Shown here piece after piece: positions 29,901-39,254 of a stretch of 64,000 nt of DNA. Positions within the stretch are counted from its first letter, which is position 1. Every line of letters starts with the position of its first letter. The translations under genes and the position numbers were made by a program. The DNA is from an uncultured Pseudobdellovibrionaceae bacterium (GTDB lineage Bacteria > Bdellovibrionota > Bdellovibrionia > Bdellovibrionales > UBA1609): assembly GCA_963803705.1 (NCBI GenBank), contig CAWDNU010000003.1, forward strand, positions 128,001 to 192,000, in the 5' to 3' direction. Below the pieces are notes generated by a model. It worked only from the letters and a program-made list of their open reading frames with translations, was not told the DNA's origin and did not search any database.

Positions 29901-30248
29901 TTAGGTTTGGATGCCGAAACCGGTGTTTTTATGTTAATGTACTTAGATCATGCTTATGAAGATCGGATCAAAGCAGGGAAATTGAATACAAGGCAAGATT
30001 TAGAAGATGCGGTTATCGAGGGCGCAGTACACAGAGTTCGACCAAAATTAATGACTGTGTTGGCCTTATTTATGGGTTTGATTCCTATCATGTGGTCCAC
30101 GGGTGCTGGAAGCGACGTGATGAAAAGGATTGCGGCACCAATGATCGGTGGTCTTGCGACTTCATTTATTTTGGAACTACTTATTTACCCCGTTATTTTT
30201 TATATTTGGAAAGAGCAAATTTTTAAAACTAACAAAACCACCATTTAA
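26985..30248 (+). CDS. cusA: CusA/SilA-family Cu/Ag RND efflux pump
   Basis: PLDAIPDLSDTQVI, DLYWARSRV, GPDAT, RIDMLSTG, RVRPKLMT, MKRIAAPMIGG. Confidence 0.93.
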   Translation: MIGKIIDFSAHNRFLVISITALLTVIGVFSLKNIPLDAIPDLSDTQVIIYSKWDRSPDIIENQVTYPIVSAMLGAPKVKSVRGSSDYGYSYVYVIFEDGTDLYWARSRVIESLNRINSQLPEGVRTEIGPDATSVGWVYQYALVDKSGKLNAAELRSLQDWTLKFQLQSVSGVAEVASLGGYVKQFQVKVDPTKLQLYNLSIKQVMDAVRDSNQETGGRTIEFSGAEAMVRSRALVEKTEDIENAVITYGLNSRSPILVKQVADVSIGAEMRRGITDFNGTGDTVGGVIVMRQGEDAPSVISAVKEKMNELQKFLPEGVEFHTVYDRSDLIERAIHTLKATLIEELIIVSLIILLFLWHIPSAIVPIVTIPVSVLLAFIPLYILGESSNIMSLSGIAISIGVLVDGAIVEVENAYKKIQLWDEGGRKGDFFKVRLDALKEVGPSVFFSLLVIAVAFIPVFTLIDQEGRLFRPLALSKTFIMAIASFLAVTFDPAMRMMFARIEPFNTKYSILNKIGDKFLIGTYYKEERHPISKRLFKFYTPAVKWTLRHRKTTLVLAFVGTLSIIPGLKFLGSEFMPTLHEGSLLYMPTALPGLSVTEAQKLLIVQDQILKSFPEVDTVFGKAGRADTSTDTAPLSMIETTITLKPKAEWRKNDRWYSSLPEILKFPFVKIWPETISEESLIEEMNSRLSFIGMPNIWTMPIKNRIDMLSTGIRSPIGLKIFGPDLETIQAIGQDIEQKIKTVKGTRSVVAERIASGYFLDVDFDREKIKLYGLSVKEAQDQAMAAIGGSNVSQVLATRERYPIQVRFAPAFRQDKESIKRVLITSPTGAQIPLSSIAKVHIKNGPGMIRDENASLVGYVYIDIDPEATDIGTYVTLAKQALDKNLKIPEGYIVEWSGQFKNMERVKARLKIIIPLTLILILYLLYFNTQSWVKTGIILLAVPFSLIGAVWLLVFLGYNISIAAWVGMIALLGLDAETGVFMLMYLDHAYEDRIKAGKLNTRQDLEDAVIEGAVHRVRPKLMTVLALFMGLIPIMWSTGAGSDVMKRIAAPMIGGLATSFILELLIYPVIFYIWKEQIFKTNKTTI

Positions 30249-30261
30249 CAAGGAGAAAAAA

Positions 30262-30612
30262 ATGAAAAATTTATTTTTAATCGTCATATTATCAGCCGTT
30301 GGATATTTATCCCATGCACACGAGGGATCTCATGATAAAAAATCTGAACGAAAGGTAAAAATCGAGATTAGCGAAAATGGATTTAAACCAGCAAAAATAG
30401 AAGCTCATAAAGGTGAAAATTTAATTTTACTTGTGACTAGGAAAACTGATAAAACTTGCATGACTGAATTAAAAGGATTGAACGGATCAAAGAATCTTAA
30501 GCTTCCCTTAAATAAAGAAGTCGAGTTTAAAGTTGGCAAGCTCAACAAAGCCGGAGACATACAACTTCTTTGTGGAATGGATATGAGGGCTGGTGTCGTC
30601 AGCGTTCAGTAA
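30262..30612 (+). CDS. Exported cupredoxin-domain protein
   Basis: AGGAG RBS before ATG 30262; signal peptide, GFKPAKIEA, CGMDM. Confidence 0.8.
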   Translation: MKNLFLIVILSAVGYLSHAHEGSHDKKSERKVKIEISENGFKPAKIEAHKGENLILLVTRKTDKTCMTELKGLNGSKNLKLPLNKEVEFKVGKLNKAGDIQLLCGMDMRAGVVSVQ

Positions 30613-30674
30613 ATTTAAAAATTATTTATTGAACTTAGTTTTGTAATTTTCTGTTTTAAAAGTAAAAAGGAAGT

Positions 30675-33051
30675 GTGCTTATGGTTGACCATTCAAGTTG
30701 TTCACATACTAATCAAGCGGATGAAAACCAGTTTGTTGTGACTGATCCCGTTTGTGGAATGAAAGTGGATTCTAAAAAGGCTAAAGGTGGTCAACACTCT
30801 TATAAAGAGAAAGATTATTTTTTTTGTAATCCGAAATGTAAAGACAAATTCATAAGTGACCCTGAAAAGTATTTGAATCCAAAAAAATATAAAAAATCAG
30901 ATCACTTATTAGGAGATTCGTCAGATCATTCGAAGATCGAATACACCTGCCCCATGCATCCTGAAATTAAACAAATGGGTCCCGGAAATTGTCCCATCTG
31001 TGGAATGGCTTTAGAACCTACTGAAATTTCATTAGACTACGAGGAAGACAAGTCAGAGTTACATGATATGACTTTGCGCTTTTGGGTGAGTCTTGTTCTA
31101 TGTCTTCCGCTTTTAGTGATCACCATGGGTGGCCGACACTTTTTCACCGAATTTGTTTCTGGAAGAACTTTAAGCTACCTTGAAGTTCTTTTGGCGACCC
31201 CAGTTGTTATCTGGGCGGGGTTCCCATTTTTTGAACGATTTTTACAATCTTTAAAAACTCGAAATTTAAACATGTTCACCCTTATTGGTGTGGGTGTAGG
31301 CGTTGCTTATGCCTATAGTATGGTTGCTGTATTTCTGCCGCATTTGTTCCCAGAATCTTTTAAAGATGCATCTGGTGAAGTGGGTCTTTATTTTGAAGCC
31401 GCAGCTGTGATTGTGGCTTTAGTTTTGCTGGGTCAGGTTTTAGAACTTCGAGCCCGAAGTCAAACGGGCGCAGCTATCAAAGCTCTTTTGGGTTTAGCGC
31501 CTAAGACTGCTCGAAAAATAAATGAGCAGGGCGAAGAGGTGGATATACCCATTGAGCACATTGTGCTTGGAGATAAGTTAAGAGTCCGTCCTGGTGAAAA
31601 AATTCCTGTTGATGGTGAAGTCGTCGAAGGTAAATCTGTTGTTGATGAATCCATGATTACTGGAGAACCCATTCCCATAGAAAAATCCAAAGGTGATTCT
31701 GTAGTTGGGGCCACAATCAACGGAACGGGAAGTTTAGTTATTGAAGCCAAAAAAATTGGAAAAGACACTTTACTTTCGCAAATCGTAAAAATGGTCAGTG
31801 AAGCTCAAAGAAGTCGAGCACCAATCCAAAAACTGGCAGATCAAGTGTCTTCAATTTTTGTTCCAGCTGTGATTTCAATATCTATTCTTACTTTTTTTAT
31901 TTGGTATTTTTTTGGTCCTAGTCCAAGTTTAGTCTACGGGATTATAAATGCGGTGGCTGTTCTTATTATTGCCTGCCCGTGTGCTTTAGGTCTTGCGACC
32001 CCGATGTCCATTATGGTCGCTACAGGCCGTGCTGCAGGTCTTGGTGTTTTATTTAAAAGTGCAGAAGCCATCGAACAGATGGAAAAAGTAGACACTCTTG
32101 TTGTGGATAAAACAGGAACTGTGACTGAAGGTAAACCAAAACTTGTTTCCGTAGTTTCATTTTCAAATGAAAGTGAGGATAAGATTTTAGAACTTGCAGC
32201 CAGTCTTGAAACAGGAAGTGAACATCCATTAGCTGCTGCGATACTTACAGGTGCTAAAGATAGAAATATTGAAATTAAAAACAATTCGAATTTCAACTCA
32301 ATCACAGGTAAAGGTGTCGAAGGCGAAATCGAAGGCCAAAAAGTTTTACTTGGGAACTCGGCCTTATTTTCTGAAATTAAAATTGAAGCACAAATAATTA
32401 AAAAAGCAGATGAACTTGAGAGACCTTGGTCAAACAGTCATGTTTGTGGGGTCCGCAAATAAAATTTTTGGACTGATTGGTGTGGCAGATCCTATTAAAA
32501 AAACTTCAAAAGAAGCCATTGCTCAATTAAGAAAAGACGGCCTTAAGGTGATTATGCTGACAGGGGATAATGAAAAAACGGCCAAAGCCGTAGCCGCACA
32601 AATAGATTTGGACGAAGTGATAGCGGATGTTTTACCGAGCCAAAAAGCAGATGTGATTAAAAGGCTTCAAAGCGAAGGATGCATTGTCGCCATGGCAGGT
32701 GATGGCATCAATGATGCTCCGGCATTAGCACAAGCCCATGTTGGAATTGCTATGGGCACTGGCACCGATGTGGCTATTGAAAGTGCAGGAGTGACTTTGA
32801 TCAAAGGGGATCTTCGAGGAATTGTACGCGCCAGAGAAGTCAGCCAAATGACAATTCGAAATATAAAACAAAATCTTTTCTTTGCGTTTGCCTATAATGG
32901 TCTTGGGGTTCCAATTGCTGCAGGTATTTTATATCCGTTTTTTGGAATATTACTAAGCCCAATGATTGCAGCGGCAGCTATGAGTTTAAGTTCGGTCTCA
33001 GTTATTGGAAATGCTTTAAGGCTTGGAGCTTCAAAAAAATGGAAAAGATAG
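30675..33051 (+). CDS. copA: Cu(I)-translocating P1B-type ATPase with YHS and heavy-metal-binding domains, +1 frameshift near 32417
   Basis: DPVCGM...[35 protein letters not shown]; second ORF has [10 protein letters not shown] and MSLSS. Confidence 0.9.
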
Positions 33052-33554
33052 TCTTTTTGTTTCTAGTTTTTTCTTTGAATGTTTTTGCGCATCAAGGTGT
33101 AGATCATTCAAGTGCTAAAACAAAAAAAATTATAGTAGAAAAAAATCAGCATAAAACCGATGCTACAACAGGTTATGAAAATCAACTTAAACTAATAAAT
33201 GAATCATATCTGAAAAATGTCTCGGATATTTTTAGTAAGAAATGTATGGATTGTCACGGAGAGCCTAAAAAAATGCCGTGGTATCATAGTTTACCAGTTG
33301 CAAAAAAAATTATGAATGATGACATGAAAGAAGCTAAAAAACATTTAAATATCCAAGATGGTTTTCCTTTCAAAGGGCACGGAACGCCAAAGCAAGACCT
33401 TGAAGCCATAGGTGAAGTGATTGCAAAAGGCGAAATGCCACCATTAAGATACAAGTTGATGCATTGGTCGTCTAAAATCTCTAAAAATGAAGCTAAAATT
33501 ATTAAAAATTGGGTTGAAGAAAGCCTTCAACTGCTGGACGAAGTGCCACAGTGA
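33039..33554 (+). CDS. Exported c-type heme-binding domain protein
   Basis: Signal peptide, CMDCH, PWY, EMPP. Confidence 0.8.
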   Translation: MEKIVFLFLVFSLNVFAHQGVDHSSAKTKKIIVEKNQHKTDATTGYENQLKLINESYLKNVSDIFSKKCMDCHGEPKKMPWYHSLPVAKKIMNDDMKEAKKHLNIQDGFPFKGHGTPKQDLEAIGEVIAKGEMPPLRYKLMHWSSKISKNEAKIIKNWVEESLQLLDEVPQ

Positions 33555-33602
33555 TGTTTAAGCGCTGGAAAAACAAATGAGAGTCTGCCAAGGATATTTT
33601 TA

Positions 33603-34320
33603 GTGAAATTATCAGTCCAAGCACGAAAGTGGCATAAGTGGCTCGCCTTGATCATCGGCGTTCAAATTTTGTTGTGGACCGCCAGCGGTCTATTTATGAG
33701 TTTTGTTCCCATAGAAACAATTCGTAGCGAAGATGTGATTAAAAGAAAACAAACCTATTATATTTAAAGACTTTGGCCGAATCATTTCCATAAATGATGC
33801 TTCTAAAAATTTAAACGATGATTTTGGGAAAATTGAAGATATAGAATTAAGACATCTCTTAAACATTCCAGTTTATGAATTTAAAAATAGCGAAGGTTCA
33901 GTCGCACTTATTAATGCTCTATCAGGTGAATTGGTGTCACCAATCACTGAAAGTCTTGTGAAGGAAATTGTGCTTTCAAGATATTCTGGCTCAGCTTCAG
34001 TTCATGATATCAAATTAATAAACACACCAGTCATAGAATACCGTGGTCAATATCCCGTATGGCGCGTTGATTTTGATAATAGGGATTCAACCAGTTTTTA
34101 TGTTCATCCTGATGACGGAAGTATTAAGGCTGTAAGAGGCAATTTTTGGCGGGTATATGATTTTTTATGGATGCTTCATATCATGGACTATTCTGAAAGA
34201 GAGAGCTTCAATCACTGGTGGCTTGTAGTGGCTGCACTTTTAGGATTTTCAGTCAGCATAAGTGGTTTTGTTTTATTTTTTTATTCTTTTAGAAAAAAAG
34301 ATTTTCGTTTTTTTAAATAA
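33603..34320 (+). CDS. PepSY-associated TM protein, +1 frameshift at 33741-33744
   Basis: Manual translation from GTG 33603 gives RKWHKWLALIIGVQILLWTASGLFMS; continues in the +1 frame to WRVYDFLWMLHIMDY. Confidence 0.8.
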
Positions 34321-34426
34321 ATCTAAACTTGGATATTTTTGTAATCTCAATGTAAAATTATTATAGTAACGTAAGATGGACATAAAAAATTAAAGCATGA
34401 TAATGGTGAACATAATTTTACTTTAG

Positions 34427-34765
34427 TCACTTGCAATTAATATTATCAAGATTTTGAACTAAAAGTTCTCCGAAAGTCCCGAATGCTTTCACAAACTTTG
34501 CAAAATTTTTTCTATCAATACAGTAAAGTGACCTAGGTCCATCCACTTCTCCTTGCACGAGGCCTATTTCTTTAAGAGCCTTAAGATGTTGGCTTACAGT
34601 AGACTGAGCAAGTGGTAAATCAAGAACAAGATCTCCACAAATGCATTCACCACGTTTCGCTAAGGTCCTTAAAATTTCAATTCTGGCGGGGTGCGACAGT
34701 GCTTTGCACCATTCAGCGAGTTGAACATCTTTTTCTGGAAAATCATTTATTCTTGATAGAGCCAT
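34427..34765 (-). CDS. arsR: ArsR-family repressor
   Basis: [27 protein letters not shown]; divergent from acr3. Confidence 0.9.
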   Translation of the reverse strand: MALSRINDFPEKDVQLAEWCKALSHPARIEILRTLAKRGECICGDLVLDLPLAQSTVSQHLKALKEIGLVQGEVDGPRSLYCIDRKNFAKFVKAFGTFGELLVQNLDNINCK

Positions 34766-34777
34766 TTGTTTAATGTA

Positions 34778-34795
34778 TATCGTAACTATACGATA
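34778..34795. promoter_or_regulatory. Probable ArsR operator
   Basis: TATCGTA-acta-TACGATA inverted repeat in the 48-bp arsR/acr3 gap. Confidence 0.7.
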
Positions 34796-34813
34796 AGCAA
34801 CCGGAGAGCATTA

Positions 34814-35879
34814 ATGAACCAAGATCAATCAATCATCGGCAAACTATCATTTTTAGACAGGTATTTAACTTTATGGATATTTCTGTCTATGGGCTTGGGT
34901 ATTTTGTTGGGTAAGTTTGTGCCTCAATTCTCAAAAACGCTTGAAAGTATGTCTGTCGGCTCAACGTCAATTCCTATAGCTATAGGATTGATATTAATGA
35001 TGTATCCACCTCTAGCTAAAGTAAAATATGAAGAGATGCCTCAGGTTTTCAAAAACACCAAGGTACTGATTTTATCACTAGTTCAAAACTGGTTGCTGGG
35101 TCCGGTGCTTATGTTTGCGCTCGCAGTCATATTTTTACGAGATTATCCAGAGTACATGACAGGCTTAATACTTATCGGACTTGCAAGGTGTATTGCTATG
35201 GTCATTGTTTGGAATGATTTAGCAGGCGGGAGTCGTGAGTATTGTGCAGGACTTGTGGCTCTTAATTCTATTTTTCAAACTTTTACTTTTCCATTTTTAG
35301 CTTATTTCTTTCTAACCACGGCGCCGGGTTGTTTAGGAATACAAGCGGTAGAAGTTAATATTAGTGTCTGGTATGTTGCCGGTGCTGTATTTATTTACTT
35401 AGGCCTTCCCTTTTTTGCAGGATATTTTAGTCGAAAGATTTTAATAAAATCAAAAGGAAATAAATGGTTTGAGACTGAATTTATACCTAAAATATCTCCA
35501 ATCACTTTAGTCTTCTTGTTATTCACTATTGTTGTCATGTTTTCTTTAAAAGGCGAAAATGTTTTAGAGCTTCCACTAGATGTTCTTAAGAATTGCTATC
35601 CCATTGCTAATCTATTTTCTGCTTATGTTTCTTTTGTCATTTTATATGAGTAAAAAAGCGGGGGCTGATTACGAAAAGTCAGCAACTCTTTCATTCACTG
35701 CGGCATCTAATAATTTTGAGCTAGCTATTGCTGTGGCAATCGCTACATTTGGAATCCATCATGGGGCAGCGTTTGCTGCTATAATAGGTCCTTTAGTTGA
35801 AGTTCCAGTTTTAATTCTACTAGTTAGCGTTTCATTGTGGTTTAAGAAAAAATTCTTTGTACCTCGCGGAGCCAACTAA
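34814..35879 (+). CDS. acr3: Acr3 arsenite efflux permease, +1 frameshift near 35587
   Basis: [30 protein letters not shown]; second frame has [11 protein letters not shown] and GPLVEVP. GGAG RBS before ATG 34814. Confidence 0.92.
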
Positions 35880-36596
35880 ATGAATAGCAATTTAGTAAAG
35901 CTCGATTACTTAAAGGAAGAAAATTTTTTACTTGATCCAATAATCATTAATCCACAGCATTTAGTTCACGCGCCTCGTATTTTAGTTTTATATGGGTCCC
36001 TTCGTAAAAAATCTTTTTCTAAGCTTCTAGCTAAAGAAGCGGAAAGAATTTTAATTCACATGGGAGCTGAAGTTAAAATGTTTGATCCGACTGATCTGCC
36101 AATGTTCGATCAAAACTCAATAGAGCATCCAAAAGTTAAAGAGCTTCGTGACTTAAGCATTTGGTCTGAAGGCCATGCATGGGTATCGCCAGAGTACCAT
36201 GGGGCTATTTCTGGAGTTATGAAAAATCAACTGGATTGGATTCCGTTAAACATTGGGTCAGTGAGACCCACTCAGGGAAGAACCCTCGCAGTTCTTCAAG
36301 TTTCAGGAGGGTCTCAATCCTTTAATGCAGTGAATACACTAAGGCTCCTAGGTCGTTGGATGCGTATGATTACTATCCCAAATCAATCTTCTGTAGCCCA
36401 AGCATTTAATGAATTTAACGATGACGATACAATGAAGTCATCAAGCTACCGCGACCGAGTCGTTGACGTTATGGAAGAGCTCATCCGATTTACATATCTC
36501 ACAAGGGATCATAGAGATTCTCTCGTTGATCGTTATAGTGAAAGAAAAGAGCAGCAAATTAAAATCGACTTACAACCAATTAAGGAGCCAGTATGA
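35880..36596 (+). CDS. arsH: Arsenical resistance NADPH-dependent flavoprotein
   Basis: [37 protein letters not shown]. Confidence 0.95.
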   Translation: MNSNLVKLDYLKEENFLLDPIIINPQHLVHAPRILVLYGSLRKKSFSKLLAKEAERILIHMGAEVKMFDPTDLPMFDQNSIEHPKVKELRDLSIWSEGHAWVSPEYHGAISGVMKNQLDWIPLNIGSVRPTQGRTLAVLQVSGGSQSFNAVNTLRLLGRWMRMITIPNQSSVAQAFNEFNDDDTMKSSSYRDRVVDVMEELIRFTYLTRDHRDSLVDRYSERKEQQIKIDLQPIKEPV

Positions 36597-37015
36597 ACAT
36601 ATTATTTTTATGCGTAGCCAACTCTGCTCGTAGTCAGCTTGCTGAGGGTTTAGCAAAATCAATGCTAGGAAGCAAAGCTAATGTCGAAAGCGCTGGTTCA
36701 GAGCCTTCAGGTCGTGTGCAGCCTTGGGCCGTTGAAGTTCTTAAAGAAATAAATATTGATATATCTAAAAACGTTTCAAAATCTACAGATGAGCTTTCGC
36801 CAGAATTTTTGGAAAAATTAGATTTCGTTATTACATTGTGTGCCGAAGAAGTTTGTCCATTTTTGCCATTAGAAGCTAAGCGTCTTCATTGGCCAATAAA
36901 AGATCCAGCTTCTGCACAGGAGGATAAAAAAGCCACTGCCTTTCGTTTGGCAAGAGATGAAATTAAAAATAAAATTGAATCTTTTCGAAGAGATGTTTTA
37001 AACGTTTTAAAGTAA
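36593..37015 (+). CDS. arsC: Arsenate reductase, thioredoxin-coupled LMW-PTP type
   Basis: [29 protein letters not shown]. Confidence 0.9.
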   Translation: MNILFLCVANSARSQLAEGLAKSMLGSKANVESAGSEPSGRVQPWAVEVLKEINIDISKNVSKSTDELSPEFLEKLDFVITLCAEEVCPFLPLEAKRLHWPIKDPASAQEDKKATAFRLARDEIKNKIESFRRDVLNVLK

Positions 37016-37099
37016 AATTAACTTTTTTGAAAATGACGGAAGAATTAAATCCGAAGATTTTGTAATTAAAACTAAACCCTTGGATTTTTCTTAAATAAC

Positions 37100-38389
37100 T
37101 TAGGATTTCTTATATTTTAAAAATAATTTTTCAACTGAAAAAATTAAAATAAATCCAAAAATAGAAGTCCAAATTACAGTCATGTCTTGTTGGGATTTAA
37201 TCCAAACGAGGGCGCCAAGCACGATAACATCAAATACAATGGCAGTAATTAAAATGATCGAAGAGGCTTCAAGTTCTTTTCTTAAATGTCTTAGAACTCC
37301 CCAATGAATGGCAATGTCCATGACAATATAAAAAATTGCACCTAAGGATGCGATGCTAGAAAGGTCAAAGAGAACGGTCAGGATAATAGCCAAAACAATT
37401 GTATAAACTAAGGTGTGCATTTGTATATTTCCAGGCATCCCAAAATGACTGTGAGGAACGATATCCATATCTGTCAGCATGGCAAGCATTCTTGAGACAG
37501 CAAACACTGAGGCGATAACTCCAGAAATTGTGGCAGTGATTGCAAAGACAACTGTAATCCAAACCCCGAAATTACCAAAAGCAGGTCTTGAAGCTTCAGC
37601 GAGCACATAGTTTTTAGCACTGACAATCTCTTCAATACTTAAATTCCCAGCTACGGCTAAACAAGTTAAAAGATAAACAATCATACAAACAATGAGAGAG
37701 ATAATGATAGCTCTTGAAACATTTTTTTTAGCTTCCTTAAGTTCGCCACCACTATTGGTTATAGTTGTGAATCCTTTAAACGCTAAGATACCAATAGCAA
37801 CAGCGCCTAAAAAACTTAAACCACTGGTTTTTTGAGGCTCAACTGTGAAGCTTTGAAACTCAAAGCCAGATACCCAAAGACCACCTAAGGCCAAAAGCGC
37901 TAGGCCACCTACTTTTATAAATGCCATAAAGTACGAAAATTTTTGAATAAATTTATTACTCATTAGATTTACGAAAAATGCAAAAATCAATAACCCAACA
38001 CCTAAAGAAGGGACCAGAAACTGTTTGCTAAATCCAAGATCTAAAACTTGGGCAAGATAGCTACCAAAAGTTCTAGCAACTAAACTTTCGTTGATGACCA
38101 TTGAAAAATACATTAATAAAGCGCAAGCACCAGTGATGGTTGAAGGGCCATAAGCTTTTTTTAGAATCATAGCTATACCACCTGATGATGGATATTTATT
38201 GCAAACAATTATATAACTGTAAGAGCTAAATCCGGCAATAATTCCAGAAATTAAAAATGCAATTGGAAACCAAGTCCCAGCAAGTTCAGCCACTTGACCT
38301 GTAAGTGCAAAAATACCAGCGCCAATCATGACTCCTGTGCCCATTGCTACTGCGCCACTTAAGCTTAGACTTCCTTTATTAATTTTCAT
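37100..38389 (-). CDS. APC-family permease
   Basis: GTGVMIGAGIF, PSSGG, about 12 TM segments. Confidence 0.85.
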   Translation of the reverse strand: MKINKGSLSLSGAVAMGTGVMIGAGIFALTGQVAELAGTWFPIAFLISGIIAGFSSYSYIIVCNKYPSSGGIAMILKKAYGPSTITGACALLMYFSMVINESLVARTFGSYLAQVLDLGFSKQFLVPSLGVGLLIFAFFVNLMSNKFIQKFSYFMAFIKVGGLALLALGGLWVSGFEFQSFTVEPQKTSGLSFLGAVAIGILAFKGFTTITNSGGELKEAKKNVSRAIIISLIVCMIVYLLTCLAVAGNLSIEEIVSAKNYVLAEASRPAFGNFGVWITVVFAITATISGVIASVFAVSRMLAMLTDMDIVPHSHFGMPGNIQMHTLVYTIVLAIILTVLFDLSSIASLGAIFYIVMDIAIHWGVLRHLRKELEASSIILITAIVFDVIVLGALVWIKSQQDMTVIWTSIFGFILIFSVEKLFLKYKKS

Positions 38390-38407
38390 TTATCAATCCT
38401 AAATTTA

Positions 38408-39187
38408 TTAAGGGTTAATCGAGCTGTCTTCTAAGTGTTTTTTATCAAATTTAAAAATTATTTTGGGATCGAATTTTGTTTTATGTTTATCTTTGTCAGG
38501 ACAATCCACATGAGCCATTAAATGACTGATGACATTCAACCTAGCCTCTTTTTTATTATCTGTTCGAACAATGTACCAAGGGGTGTTCTTATTGTGCGTA
38601 CGAACAAACATTTCATCGCGAGCTTTGCTGTAATCCTTCCAAAGCTTTTGAGCAGATTGATCAATCGGGCTAATTTTCCATTGGGTGAGTGGACTGGATT
38701 TCCTATCTTCTAATCGTTCTTTTTGCTCTTCTTTTGAGATATCCAGATAGTACTTATAAATTTGAATTCCAGATCTAGTTAGTAGTTCTTCAAAAGGAAC
38801 CACTGCATTCATAAAATTTTCATACTCAGTGTCTGTACAATATCCCATCACACGTTCAACGCCAGCCCTATTATACCAACTGCGATTCATGATCACCATT
38901 TCTTGTTTAGAAGGCAAATGGGCAACGTACCTTTGAAAATACCAAGAGTCCTGGTCTCGATCTGAGGGTTTTCCTAGGGCCACAACGCGAGTTTCACGTG
39001 GACTTAAGTGTTGAGTGATCCTTTTTATCACACCATCTTTACCGGCAGCATCTCGTCCTTCAAAAATAATCAGAATTTGAAGATTGTTACCTATAATGTG
39101 TTTTTGTAACTTTACCAATTCAATTTGAAGTAGCTTTAAGGAATGTTTATATCCTTCGTTTTTAAGGTCATGATTTTTTATCGTCAT
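38408..39187 (-). CDS. ppk2: Polyphosphate kinase 2
   Basis: FEGRDAAGK, WYFQRY, RSWYNRAGVERVMG, WKISPID. Confidence 0.95.
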   Translation of the reverse strand: MTIKNHDLKNEGYKHSLKLLQIELVKLQKHIIGNNLQILIIFEGRDAAGKDGVIKRITQHLSPRETRVVALGKPSDRDQDSWYFQRYVAHLPSKQEMVIMNRSWYNRAGVERVMGYCTDTEYENFMNAVVPFEELLTRSGIQIYKYYLDISKEEQKERLEDRKSSPLTQWKISPIDQSAQKLWKDYSKARDEMFVRTHNKNTPWYIVRTDNKKEARLNVISHLMAHVDCPDKDKHKTKFDPKIIFKFDKKHLEDSSINP

Positions 39188-39254
39188 CTTCGTACACCAG
39201 CTTTTTCAACTTTATTTGAATTTAGTAAAAATTTTTAGTTGGATTGATTTTAAC

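Noticed and set aside
30148..30261. N-terminal extension of the cupredoxin ORF
   Set aside because: Overlaps cusA; the RBS and signal peptide indicate a start at 30262.
34766..34813. TTG-start extension of acr3
   Set aside because: Covers the operator region; the GGAG RBS supports ATG 34814.
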